Positions 13,061 to 25,352 of a DNA stretch of 64,000 nt are shown here, piece after piece. Source of the stretch: Lama glama (Eukaryota); assembly GCA_028534125.1 (NCBI GenBank), contig CM052817.1:86368001-86432000 (forward strand), read 5' to 3'. Every line of letters begins with the position of its first letter. Within the stretch, counting starts at the first letter, position 1. The notes beneath the pieces were generated by a model. The model had not been told where the DNA came from and did no database searches. It saw only the letters and a program-made list of their open reading frames with translations. A program made the translations under genes and the position numbers.

Positions 13061-13819
13061 GGAATTGGTAGAGTCTCACAGATACTTATAAGAATTGCAG
13101 GAATTGTGGCAAGTTCTGAGAACCACTCACTACTGCATCAAAAGAAGATTTTTACAGTTAGCCTGGCCTTTGTTGGAAGCTTTATAACCTACAGCATCAG
13201 TTTCCCTGACCTCCAGCCCCTCAGCTTTTCCTAGGGATGTGCAGGTCATTTGTTACATACCCTTTGTTACAAATCCTTTATATCAGGCCTATAGAAAGTG
13301 GCTTCTGTTCTCCGACTGAAGGTGAATGATTTTGTTTCTAGGCATGCTTCTTTCTCTTTATGGATTGAAGTCTCAGCTTCTTTGTGAAGCACATAAGCCT
13401 TTCATAAATGCACATTTAACTTTATCTTCAATTCCCAAGGTCATTATTCTTTGAACACCATGCTCCATGCACACTGATAGTGCCTGGCCTAATAGTGGAA
13501 TACTGGAAGCTGGAGAGCAGTTAATAATAACAGTGTGGTCTGCAGTCCTGCTTTCAGGACTCGGTTCCATATATCTGACCATGGGGACTAGCAAAATAAA
13601 ATATGTAGGACAAAACTATAATTTCACTTGAGAAGCCAGGAAGGGGCATCACTTGATATGACTGCATGTATGTGTTCCAGTGCTGCATGAATATGTGCGT
13701 GGAATGTGTGTGTGAATGTGTGTATGCATGTGAGCAGATGGAGCCCAGAACGTTGTTTCTAATTGTATTGTGTATTTATCACTTGTATTATCATCAGTGT
13801 AGTTTTATTGTTCCCAATC

Positions 13820-13920
13820 TAGGCATGCTTAATTAGAATCTTTTGTAAGCTGGGGCCAAAGAATCCACATTTTTAATGATCTCATTAAATGATTCTGAAA
13901 ATTATTAAACTTTGAGAGCC
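13820..13920. mobile_element. MER5-type hAT-Charlie fragment
   Basis: 'ggggccaaagaatccacatttttaa...tgattctg...aaactttgagagcc'. Confidence 0.6.
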
Positions 13921-14445
13921 TTTATTTTAATTAATCAATAGTGTTAAAAGTGTTCCTTAAGATGACTATATGTGTAGAGCCTCATGCTGAAAAATTTTAG
14001 TAGGCGAAAGACCTTACATTTAGGAGTTTGAGGTTTACTGGTAGGAGGATGGCACAAAATTAAAAAGAAATTGTATATCTTTGAAGGGTTTCAATATTGT
14101 ATAAGCTCTCTCCCTGCTACTAAGTTTGATTTTTATAAAGGAAGATAAGATTTCTGTGTTCTTAGAAACAAAAAAAAGACAGAGGAAAATCTTAAGTGTT
14201 ACAAAAACAAAGAGTAAAGGAACAAGCCAAAAAAAAAAAAAAAGAGTAGGAGGACTAGAAAACAATGTATATTAAATATACATAATAGAAAAAGAAATAT
14301 CTTTTAATTAGCTCTTTTTATGGGGAAGAAACGTAGACCTTAAAAATATATGGAAATACTATAAGGATAGGCACAACCCCTCAGTTATCCAGGAGGGGGA
14401 GCAGCTTGTGGAAACTGATGTGCATGTGCTGTAGTGGATAAAGTT

Positions 14446-15029
14446 TGTGGTGAGAAGAATTCTAAAGAGGGCTTCCCAAGAGACCATTCCCTTGTTCTCA
14501 GCTACTCCTAAGATGGAATTTGGCAGATGAAATTCAAGTTCCAAGTCACTTGACTGTCAGGAAGACTGTCCCAGTGAGTCTGAACCAATCAGGTAAAATC
14601 AGAGCATTTTCTCTAGCTGTTGGCAGAAGGAAAAGTCAGGTACATTCAAATCATGGGAAACATTCAAAATGAGACATAGATTCCATCACTGGCTGAGAAA
14701 TGGAGGGGCTGCATGAGAAGGAACACAGGCAGCTTTTAGGAGCAGGGACCAAGCCCCACCTGGCAGCCAGCAAGGACTCGGAGACATCCAACCACAGAGT
14801 TAGTTTCTGGTCAACATCTAGAATGAGCTGAGAAGCTGATTCTCCCCAAGAGCATCCAGAAAAAAGCCTAGCTCAACCAACACTTTGACTTCAGTCTTGT
14901 GTGGCTGTGAGCAAGGAACTCATTTTGCATAGATTTCTGACCTACAAAATTGTGAGATAATAAATGAATATTGTTTCAATGTGCTACAGTTTTCTGTAAT
15001 GTATTACTCCACAATAGAAAACTAATACA
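14446..15029 (+). mobile_element. MaLR LTR (MLT1E/F-like), near full length
   Basis: Starts 'tgtggtgagaagaattctaaag', has AATAAA near 14958, and ends 'caatagaaaactaataca'. Confidence 0.88.
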
Positions 15030-15072
15030 AATTCAAATAATCATACATGTAAAGAGGTTAATTTTATAAAAA

Positions 15073-16665
15073 CCTATTACCCAACTTTAAGACTTAGAAT
15101 AAAGCAAGCTATAGTAATCGAGATAGCATGGTGTTGGCAAAATAATAGACAAAAAGATCAGTGTAACAGAATAGAGAGCCCAGAAATAGATCCAAATAAA
15201 AATAGTCAACTAGACTTTAACAAAGGAGAAGGGGCAATACAATGGAGCAAAGATAGTTTTTTTCAACAAATGTTGCTTATAAAATGAGATATGCACATGG
15301 AAAAAGAATGAATCTAGATAAAGATCTTACACTCTTCTAAAAATTACCTCAAAATGGACCACAGACTAATATAAAACATTAAACGTAAAACTCCTAGAAG
15401 ATGACATAAGGAAAAAAAACCTAAACGACCTAGGATATGGTGAGGCTTTTTAGCTACAACACCAAAGGTACAATCCATTAAAAAATAATTGATAAGCTGG
15501 ACTTTATTAAAATTGAAAGCTCCTCTGCGAAAGGCAATGTCAAGAGATTGAGAAGACAAGCCGTAGACTAGGAGAAAATACCTGCAAAAGACACATCTGA
15601 TAAAGGACTCTTATTCAAAATATACAAAGAACTCTTAAAATTCAACAATAAGAATACAAACAGCCAGATTGAAAAACTAGGAAAAACTTTAACAAATACC
15701 TCTTCTAAGAACATATACAGAGGGCAAATAAGCATATGAAAAGATGCTTCACACAGGTGTCATCAGGGAAATGAAAATTATAACAAGATACCACTGGACA
15801 CCTATAGGAATGGCCAATAATCTGGAACACTAACAACACAAAAAGCCTGTGAGAAGACAGAGCAACAAGAATTCTCATACATTGCTGGTGGGAATGCAAA
15901 ACAGTACCGCCATTTTGGAAAAGTTTGGTCTCACAGAACTCAAAATACTCATACCACACTATCCAGCAAATGTGCTCCTTGGTACTTACCCAAAGGTGTT
16001 GAAAACTTAGGCCCACACAAAATCCTGCACACAACGTTTACAGTAGCCTCATTCATAATTGCCCAAATTTGAAAACAACTAAGAAGTCCTTCAGAAGATA
16101 AATGGAAAAATAAACTGTGGTAGGTCCAGACAATGGAACATTATTTAGTGCCAAAAAATGAACTATTAAACCATGAAAAGACATGGAGAACATAAACATA
16201 TATCACTAAGTCAAATTAGCTAGTCTGAGAAAGATTTACACTGCATGATTCAACAATATGGCTTTCTGGAAAAGGCAAAACTATGGAGACAGTAAAAAGA
16301 TAAGTGGTTGCCAGGAGCTGGAGGAAGGATGGATAAATAGGCAGAGCACAGAGGACTTTTAAGGCAGTGAAACTGTTCCATATGATACAACAGTGGTTGA
16401 TATATGTCATTATATGTTTGTCCAAAGATTTACAATGAACAACCCTAGGAATAAACTTAATGTAAATGATGGACTTTGGGTGATACTGATGTGTCAAAGC
16501 AGGTTCATGGATTATAACAGTATATATCACTGCAACAGATGCATTGATAGTGGGGTTGTAATGCATGTGTAAGGGCAGAAGGATATGGGATCTCTGTAAT
16601 TTCCACTAGTTTTGCTGTGAACCTAAAAGTTCTCTAAATATAAACCTTACTATTTTGCAAAAAAA
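15073..16665 (+). mobile_element. L1MC-like (L1MC1/2) ORF2 3' part plus 3' UTR
   Basis: ORF2 motif 'aacagaatagagagcccagaaataga'; 3' UTR 'gcagtgaaactgttccatatgatac...ttttgctgtgaacctaaaa'. Confidence 0.88.
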
Positions 16666-17230
16666 CCCATGACATCAAATTCAACGAGAAAAATGCCAAA
16701 ACTCATTTAACCTACTAACCAACTCATGCTCCTGCTGATTTTCTTCGTGACAATTACTGAAACAAAGAAACGAAAAATCCAAGATGTGCCTCTAGGAATG
16801 CAAGACAAAGTAAGAGTCAATATTGAAGAAATAATCTATATTTTTGTGTAATAACTCCAAAAATAGAATGATGTCACTGAATAACATGTATCATAAGAAC
16901 TGGAAAAAAAAACAAATTCCCCTTCAAATTATCTAGGCTTTCTGAATAAGTAATAAATACAAAAAAGAACAAAATTGTTCAGTTGAAACTTAAATAAAAA
17001 CAACAGAGAACAACAGATAAAATAAACAAGGAGGGAGAAAGAAAAGACACAGACTTGAAATGGTAAGACGTTTGTCAGTTATACTTTAATAACTATTAAA
17101 CTAGCATCCATTATTCATATGTTCTTTTGGAAGCTTGATATCTAGCTAGTAGCTTACACATATTATTTTTTCTTCACAGATACACTGCTAAATCCTTAAC
17201 AGTTATTTCACAAATTTTTCTCATAAAAAA

Positions 17231-17378
17231 GCAGTGTCAGCATCAAGGACTAGGGTAGTCGTCATCAACCAGGAACATACACAATCTCAGTCCTCACTCC
17301 AGACCCACTAAACCAGAATCAGCAGTTAAACAGAGTCCTAGGTAGTGTGTGTGCATATTAAAGTTTGAGAAGACTGGC
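17231..17378. mobile_element. MER5-type hAT-Charlie
   Basis: 'ccagacccactaaaccagaatcagcag...gcatattaaagtttgagaagactgg'. Confidence 0.75.
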
Positions 17379-19265
17379 TTATAGCTCAGAGACTTTTCCC
17401 AGTAACACACAGAGCAGAACATTAATTTTACTGTCACCTTCTTAATCAGATATTATTGTATGTATCACATAGATGTTAAATAAAACCACAGAAGAATCAC
17501 AAACTGTGTGGGAAAAACCAAGATTGAATATTTGTGATACATGTTCCTGCAGAGGATGGACCATACCAGAAAAGTATCAATCTCAGCAGAGATTATTCTG
17601 CCATTGTAACTTAGAAGGAATCTTACGATTGAAGAAAAAATTGCCTCATAAGATGAATGAAAATCCATCTAATCTTGATGACTTGTTTTGTTCGGTCTCT
17701 GTTGGTCAAAATTATCAATTCAAATTATCTAAAATGATTGAAGTAGTATCTGGAGAACCCTCTCAGATATAGGGGAAATGTATTCAAAGTGGTACAGTGT
17801 AAACACACTATGATTATTTTATTTTTTCTTCAGTATTGACTAAAAGGATATAAAAATTAGGTTCCTGTACTCACAGAAACTAAATGCCTTCTTTAGGTTT
17901 TGGATGGATAAGAGATCTATTGATTTTTTTTTTCATTCTCTTAGGTCCTATACTAATGAATACCTGCAAATAATTACTATTTTGAAGAAAAAAAAAGAAA
18001 ATAATCTAACCTGTATTCTATTTTGAATCGTGGGTGTGATAATTGAACTGTGTATCTGTGGTGTGTTGGCTGAAGCAATTAAAGATAGATAAATGTAATT
18101 TTAGAAATAATTATCTGAAGCATAGGTATTTTTACATGTCTCTAGTTAGATAGTATTTAGATCTTCTCTAGTCACATGGGTTTTGTTAGGTGAATATTAT
18201 CAAAGTTATATTGAGTCTATATGCAGATCATATACTTTAAAAGAAACCATCTGCTCTTTTACATTGTGTTATCATAACATTTACACATAGCTCTGAAAAT
18301 AACCATCTAAAACTGAAATCTTTAAATACTCATAAAAATTAATTGATTTTTTACTGCCCTTCTGAGTTCATTACATTACTGGTATGGATATATATTATAC
18401 TGTATCATCTTTTTTCCATCTCATTACTCGTTTTTTGGCACCATAAGAATAGAACATTTTAAGAATAAGAACATAGATTTAAAACCCTGTGATAGCCCAC
18501 TTTATTTAAAAAATGACTGTTTTTTAAAAAGAAGGTTTTTTTCTGAATCTCCATTAATATGGTAACTATAAAGCATTGGAAGTTATCTAAATCATACAAA
18601 CATGCATTCTTTGATATATTCATAAATCAGTACAGCTAGTTAGCTGCATAGTTTTCAAATTTAGTTGACATAATTGTAATTTTAAAGGTAAATGTCTCTG
18701 TATTGCTAAATCTACCTTATTCAAATATACACTTTAGTATAACGTATTTTAATATTTATAATTTTGGTTTACTTAAAATACATGAAAAACTAAAGAATGA
18801 CAATTGAAAATTTTAATGAAGCACAATGGAATTCATCTTATTTCAGATGATCCCTGGTTCATTACTTTGGTTCCTCTCATTTTTCTGATGCATCAGTATA
18901 AACCTGCTGAGCTCACACTCAGGCTTGCATTTATAAGGGAATTAAATGTTCGTTTCATGGATGCTGGAAAGCTTAATGCTGTCCCAGGACTTCTTGCCGT
19001 TTCTGGAGTTTTATAGTCTCACAGTCACTTCTACCTATAGGTTTAGGGGTCTGTTGTCCTCTGCTGTTTGGTTCACTGTCAAACCAGACGTCATCTACTC
19101 ATTATGTCTGTAATAGGTTTTACCTGAGCTGCCGTTTAACCAAGAGGCTGCTTGTTACATAAAATCAAGTACTGGACGTACTATTTCTGAAAATGTTAAG
19201 TGCCATCTTGACACATCTGTCTACTGTATTTTTCATCCTGCCTTTTTTTTTTTCTTTCTCTACAA

Positions 19266-19478
19266 CATATTTTCTTAACTTAGTGTGTTGAAATTTTGGG
19301 CCCAGTATGTTTTGTTGTTGCTGTCTCTTGAACATTGCAAGATGTTTGGCAGCATCCTTGGCTTCTATATTCTAGATGCCAGTGGCACCCTCCAGCAAGG
19401 TATGACAACCAAAAATGTCTGCTGACATTGTCAAATATCCCCCAAAGGAGCCCACCTTCTCCTGTTGAGAACAATTGC
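19266..19478 (+). mobile_element. MER20 hAT-Charlie
   Basis: 'gatgtttggcagcatccttggcttcta...tagatgccagtggcaccc...gacaaccaaaaatgtct...gttgagaacaattg'. Confidence 0.88.
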
Positions 19479-21360
19479 ACTAAAAAAAAGTCTTTAATTT
19501 TCAAATACACATAGTAAGTCTCTTCACCTCCTCTTTTCAGCCATTTCTGAAAACTGAAATTAATAATTATTTTGTCAACATTGATCAACCGTAGTTTCTG
19601 TCAGGGAGAGTTAAGTTCATATTTTCATAAAACATTGAGGTAAGTGACTGATTTTTAATACATATGTGTATTATGTATATGAGTGTATTAGTGTGCATGT
19701 GTTTATCATATTCAGTCAAAAGTTTCTGAGTTTATAAGATAGTAAGACAATATCCCAAGTAAATATCAGTCTTTAATAAATACAATAAATATTGAATATC
19801 CGATGGTGTATAAAATGAAGCTAGCATATCTTTTACTTTATCTTTGAAATTTTACTATTAAAATCTTTCAATCATATAATTTAAAGGTACCCAACTGTAA
19901 TACTATTTTATACCACATATTACATATTTTTGTATAACATATTTGAGTTCTTAATTAATACATAAATATATCTTTAGAGTAGAAAAATGTTATTTCAAGT
20001 ATAAAAACGTAATTGCTAATCTTTAATAATAATTTCATTAAATGTTTAACTACATAATGACTTTAAGTACATACATATATTTATTTATCTACAGGGAGAT
20101 ACCAAGCCTACACCACTGCAAATTTGTATTAAAAGCACATCATATAAAATTTGTCATCTTTTACCCCAAAATGGTACTCTCCTGATGAAACTTATCATGT
20201 TGTATGCTAAACTAGTATTGCATAAAGAAATATATTGTATTTAACTGGAAAAAAAGATCATGATTTCTTGGTGGCTGGTCTGAGGGAGATTTTTAGAGAA
20301 AGTGTTAGGTCTACCTCCTAATACCTGCCTTTGCAATACTCTGCTGGTAGAGAAGGGGTAAAACATTTTCATAGAAAAAAGTAGGATAATGAAGTTGAGT
20401 CAATATTACTGACTTGGTGTCTGGAGTGCAATTATATTTTAAGAGTTTTGACGGATAACAACTGAGAAAATTTTTCCTGAAGGACAGCACATTAATTGCA
20501 AGGAAATAAAAGAAGAAAATCAAGTTACTATTACTATTAAATTAACATAACAGCATAGGACTTTAAAAATACATCTTATCAACTTAGATATACAGATTTT
20601 CATGGATGATAAACTTTATAATATCAAATAATTTAGGAAATCAACTTTGACAGGAAACAGGAGGAATCTGAATAGGTAAATCCTATTCCTTCTCTTCTTA
20701 CCTTTCTAATAGTCTGAGGACCAAGTAACTTTATTAAGTAGTAGCCACTTAGTGAGGTACAGAATACAACTGAGTTGTATCTTCCCTCCCTATTTTTATT
20801 ATTGTTATTACTGTTGTCATCATTTTAATTCCCACTGCCCTGAGCTTGCATTTTCCAAACAGTGTTAGATCCTAATTTTCACTTCAGGCTCTGCTTCAAG
20901 TGAAGACAATTAGGATTTAGAATTAAAACAAAGTTTTTAATATAATTTTTATTGGTATTTTAAGCAGAACTTATCATGCAATTCTGTTTGATATTCAGAG
21001 AATAGTTTTAGAGGGAAAATGTCTACAAGAAAATTATTTGGCAGGCATTTATATAAAAGCTTTTTAATCATAACTTACGTGCATTAGTCACTTATGCATG
21101 AAAAAATAAACTACTATATACACACATCAAAGACTCAATATTAAAATGTAAACAAGCATGAAGTTAACTAATAATACTCAATATTAATATATGCAAAACA
21201 TATCAACTCTAAATACTTTTTTGTACTTATAATACATTTTTCTTCTTCTCTTAAACATTCTATTCAATTTCAGGTTCAAAAATACAAGAAAACCTGGCAA
21301 TATCCTATTTAGGATAATGAGTTCAGTAGCTTTGTGGCTTAAAGCATGTATACAACAAAT

Positions 21361-21409
21361 TGTCTGTTTGTCTGTCTATTTATCTATCTATCTATCTATC
21401 ATCTATCTA
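21361..21409. repeat. (TCTG)/(TCTA)n tetranucleotide repeat
   Basis: Direct reading. Confidence 0.85.
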
Positions 21410-21589
21410 ATTATTGTTATCTCTGGCACTGGAAATCTTCAGTGAGCTCTTATTATTATCTCTCAAAATATGTGTTTTACTCTCAATTGTTACAAAACAA
21501 TGAAATTGATAGAGGCACTGACTGTGGGAGGTTAGGCTGGTTTTCATTTTTTTATTGTTTTTGAGTGTGTACCATTTCTTTTTTCCTAA

Positions 21590-21705
21590 ACAAATTGTTC
21601 AGCCTCTCCAAATCACAGCTTAGTCACCTGAACAACAGAGACGATAGTAATTTCCTCATTGTCCTGTTGGGTCAGTTCTACGAATATTGTTTCAAAAGTG
21701 TTTTC
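21590..21705 (+). mobile_element. MIR core fragment
   Basis: 'agcctctccaaatcacagcttagtcacctgaacaacagagacgatagtaatttcctca'. Confidence 0.55.
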
Positions 21706-23752
21706 TTCCCGATGTTCCCATGAAATCAAGCTATTGTGGAATGTATTTCTACTGAAAATATTTTCTGTTTTTCTAGATTAGCAAATATATTCATGGCACA
21801 AGGTGCACCCTTGGTTAGAATACATTTACTTCATGTAATTACCAAGGAGCATTTAGGTCAATGCAAAAATATTTAAATCACCAGGACGTTCTGAAAAAAA
21901 TACTTATCTTTATTATGCAAATATTTAATTATGTTTTATTCTTGGACAGACTAAATCAGTACACTCTTTAAAACTAAAGTGAGAACATTTTCTGACCTTG
22001 AGAACTTCTGCTTTAATCATTTAAACAAACAAAATAAAAACCCGCGTAACCCAGACTTAGGAAGTGTTAGCATTTGTGTTGTGATATTTTATTTTGTTTT
22101 GTTTGTGTCACAGCAGTAAATCTAATGGTGAAATGGCCATCAGAGCCTTTGAAGACAAGTACTTTTCTGTGCAAAGTTTTCATTTAGAAGTCCTCATTCA
22201 TAATATTATTTACCTGGTAATATATATACTATACTGGACTATACTATGCTATACAATTCTACTCTATTCTGTTCTGTTCTATCCTCTTCTAGTCTATGTT
22301 TTTCCTTTTGGTTCAGATGAGTATGTTCTGCTAAATGATGACCAGACCAAGTGATTGATGGCCATATTATCTTCCTTTTGCTTTAATGGTTATTCTAATA
22401 TTTGCTATCTTGTTATTTATTTGTTATAATTATGACTTTTTTACATTGATATCATTGTGATAATTTTTGATGTACTAGTCATCATATTAAGGAAGGTATG
22501 TTTTATCTACAGCTTGCTAAATACTTTTGCCAGAATTTTCCATTGTTTGTATACTTATTGAGCATTTTTTTAATCAGCATTTTCATGAATAACAACTGAT
22601 GAACATGATTCAATATTTACCTCAGGCAAAAAGAAATGTTCTTTTTCTAACGGAAGGAGATCCAGTAAGAATCTTTAAATGCAACCTGTACTCCCAATAA
22701 TGATTCTAAAACTTACATTAACTTGTTTATTTAAAAACTTTACTATTGCTTTGGTAGTTCTTTACAGCATGTCTTTTTAAAATATAAAATCTCATGGTTT
22801 ACTTTTAAAAAGCATTAAAATTATAATCAAAATGCACAACTTACAGTATTGGAGAAAATATTTACATGTCATATCTGATAAGGATTTAATAACTGGAATG
22901 TATAAAGAACAGCTCAATGACAAAAAAGACAAGCAATTAAGTTAAAAATGGGCAAAGGGCTTGAATAGATATTTCTCCAAAAGATATATACAAATTATCA
23001 ATAAACACATAAAAATATACTCAACATAATTAGTCATTAGGGGAATTAAAATTGATGAGATACCACTTTGTATCCACTAGGATATTTCTAATATTAATAG
23101 TTGAAGAAGATGGAAAATAAGGCATATTGATAAAGACATGAAGAAATTAGAACACTAGTGCGTTGTTAGTGGGAATATAAGATGATGTAGCTGCTGTGGA
23201 AGACAGTTTGAAACAGTTCAGTAGTTTCTCAAAAAGTGAAGCATCGAATTACCATATAATCTAGCAATTTGACTACTAATTATATGCCCCTCAAAACTGA
23301 AAATAGGAATTTAAACAGATACTTATAAAAATTATTGCAGGATTAGTCACAATAGCAAAAAGGTAGAAACAACATGTGTCCATCAACTGAGGAATGGATA
23401 AATAAAATATAGTGTGTGTATATATATTCAGTCACAAAAGGAATGAAGTTTTGATGCATGCTACACTATGGATAAACCACGGAATGTTATAAGTTAAATA
23501 AACCAGACACAAAAATGTAAGTATGGTATTATTACCCTTACATGAAATATCTAGAATAGGCAAATTCATAGAGACAAAATGTAGATTAAAGTTTACCAGA
23601 AACAAGGGAGAGGAGAGTTGTAAGTTATTGCTTAATGGACAGAGTTTCTGTTTAGTGTGATGAAGGTTTTTGGAAATACATAATAGTGATGGTTGCATAA
23701 CATTGTAAATGTAATTATACCACTGAATTGCTCATTTAAAATGGTTAACATA

Positions 23753-24864
23753 ATTCATGAGTTATCACCTTTCCAGTTGTACGTTTCTCATTTCTGTAGC
23801 ATCCTGCTGCTTTTCTATTTAGAATAGCCCTTTCAATATTTCTTTTAGCATGGGTTTAGTGTTGCTAAACTCCTGCAGCTTTTTTCTTTTGTCTGCTAAA
23901 GCATTACTGAAGAGAAAGAAAGAGGCTGGAGGAATAACTCTCCCAGACTTCNNNNNNNNNNNNNNNNNNNNNNNNNNNNNNNNNNNNNNNNNNNNNNNNN
24001 NNNNNNNNNNNNNNNNNNNNNNNNNNNNNNNNNNNNNNNNNNNNNNNNNNNNNNNNNNNNNNNNNNNNNNNNNNNNNNNNNNNNNNNNNNNNNNNNNNNN
24101 NNNNNNNNNNNNNNNNNNNNNNNNNNNNNNNNNNNNNNNNNNNNNNNNNNNNNNNNNNNNNNNNNNNNNNNNNNNNNNNNNNNNNNNNNNNNNNNNNNNN
24201 NNNNNNNNNNNNNNNNNNNNNNNNNNNNNNNNNNNNNNNNNNNNNNNNNNNNNNNNNNNNNNNNNNNNNNNNNNNNNNNNNNNNNNNNNNNNNNNNNNNN
24301 NNNNNNNNNNNNNNNNNNNNNNNNNNNNNNNNNNNNNNNNNNNNNNNNNNNNNNNNNNNNNNNNNNNNNNNNNNNNNNNNNNNNNNNNNNNNNNNNNNNN
24401 NNNNNNNNNNNNNNNNNNNNNNNNNNNNNNNNNNNNNNNNNNNNNNNNNNNCAACCTAAATGTCCATCAACAGGTGACTGGATAAAGAAGAGGTGGTATA
24501 TTTATACAATGGAATTCAATTCAGCCATAAAAACTGACAACATAATGCCATTTGCAGCAACATGGATGCTCCTGGAGAATGTCATTCTAAGTGAAGTAAG
24601 CCAGAAAGAGAAAGAAAAATACCATATGAGATCGCTCATATGTGAAATCTAAAAAACAAAAACAAAAACAAACAAACAAACAAACAAAAACAAAGCATAA
24701 ATACAGGACAGAAATAGACTCACAGACAGAGTATACAGACTTGTGGTTACCAGGGGGGTAAAGGGTGGGAAGGGATAGACTGGGATTTCAAAATTGTAGA
24801 ATAGATAAACAAGATTACACTGTATAGCACAGGGAAATATACACACACAAAAAAATAAAAAAAT
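23753..24864 (+). mobile_element. Young camelid-type L1, 5'-inverted, TSD-flanked, spanning an assembly gap
   Basis: 23753-~23896 minus encodes the ORF1p C-terminus (DKRKKLQEFSNTKPMLKEILKGLF*). Then plus-strand ORF2 AKALLKRKKEAGGITLPDF, the gap, ORF2 end and 3' UTR, and an A-rich tail. TSD aaaatggttaacata (23738-23752) / aaaatgttaacata (24865-24878). Confidence 0.88.
23952..24451. other. Assembly gap (500 N)
   Basis: Run of N. Confidence 1.
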
Positions 24865-25204
24865 AAAATGTTAACATATTAAATTTTATGCTATGCGTAT
24901 TTTACCATAATAGGAAAATCTACATGAAAAACACAAATATCAACTTGTAGTGATTTATATTTACTAATTATAAGTGCTCACACATTAGAGGTATAGGAGG
25001 AAGCTAGTTTGAATTTAGCAGAAGCTAAGTAACAAATCAAGATAATCTTGGAAAAACAATGGTAAAAAATAATCAATTAATCTTGGAATTGATACAGAAT
25101 TTTCATATTTGCTACATTTTATTATATTATTAACTAATCCTAAAAAATCTGTTTTTGCAATTTTTAACATAGATCTTGAAATAATAATAAATAGTTGAAT
25201 GATT

Positions 25205-25352
25205 GCAAGTCAGAGTCTCTGGCACTAGTCTTAACATGGCGTTAATTCTAAGACCTTCTTTAAGTTTCTAAACCACCTTCAGCCCCCTTTTTCTCACTTC
25301 TGTAAATGAGGGTATTCTAAAAGGATTCATAATCTCAAATATACTATGGTTA
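25205..25352 (+). mobile_element. MIR3/MIRc fragment
   Basis: 'accaccttcagccccctttttctcacttctgtaaatgagggt...aatctcaaatatactatggtt'. Confidence 0.5.

Larger units (their letters stand above)
22845..24912 (+). mobile_element. L1MB-like 3' portion, interrupted near its tail by a younger L1
   Basis: ORF2 end 'catatctgataaggatttaata...aaatgggcaaagggcttgaatagatatttctccaa'. The 3' UTR ends 'ccactgaattgctcatttaaaatggttaacata' and resumes after the insert with 'ttaaattttatgctatgcgtattttacca'. Confidence 0.88.

Noticed and set aside
17473..17772. 99-aa ORF in apparently unique sequence
   Set aside because: No recognisable domain, splice context or promoter; the length is compatible with chance.
19124..19186. 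63-nt minus-strand segment between 'ttttcag' and 'gtaaaa'
   Set aside because: Stops in all three frames and a weak donor.
23819..24485. Two 211-aa ORFs
   Set aside because: They read through the N gap; the real residues are L1 fragments.
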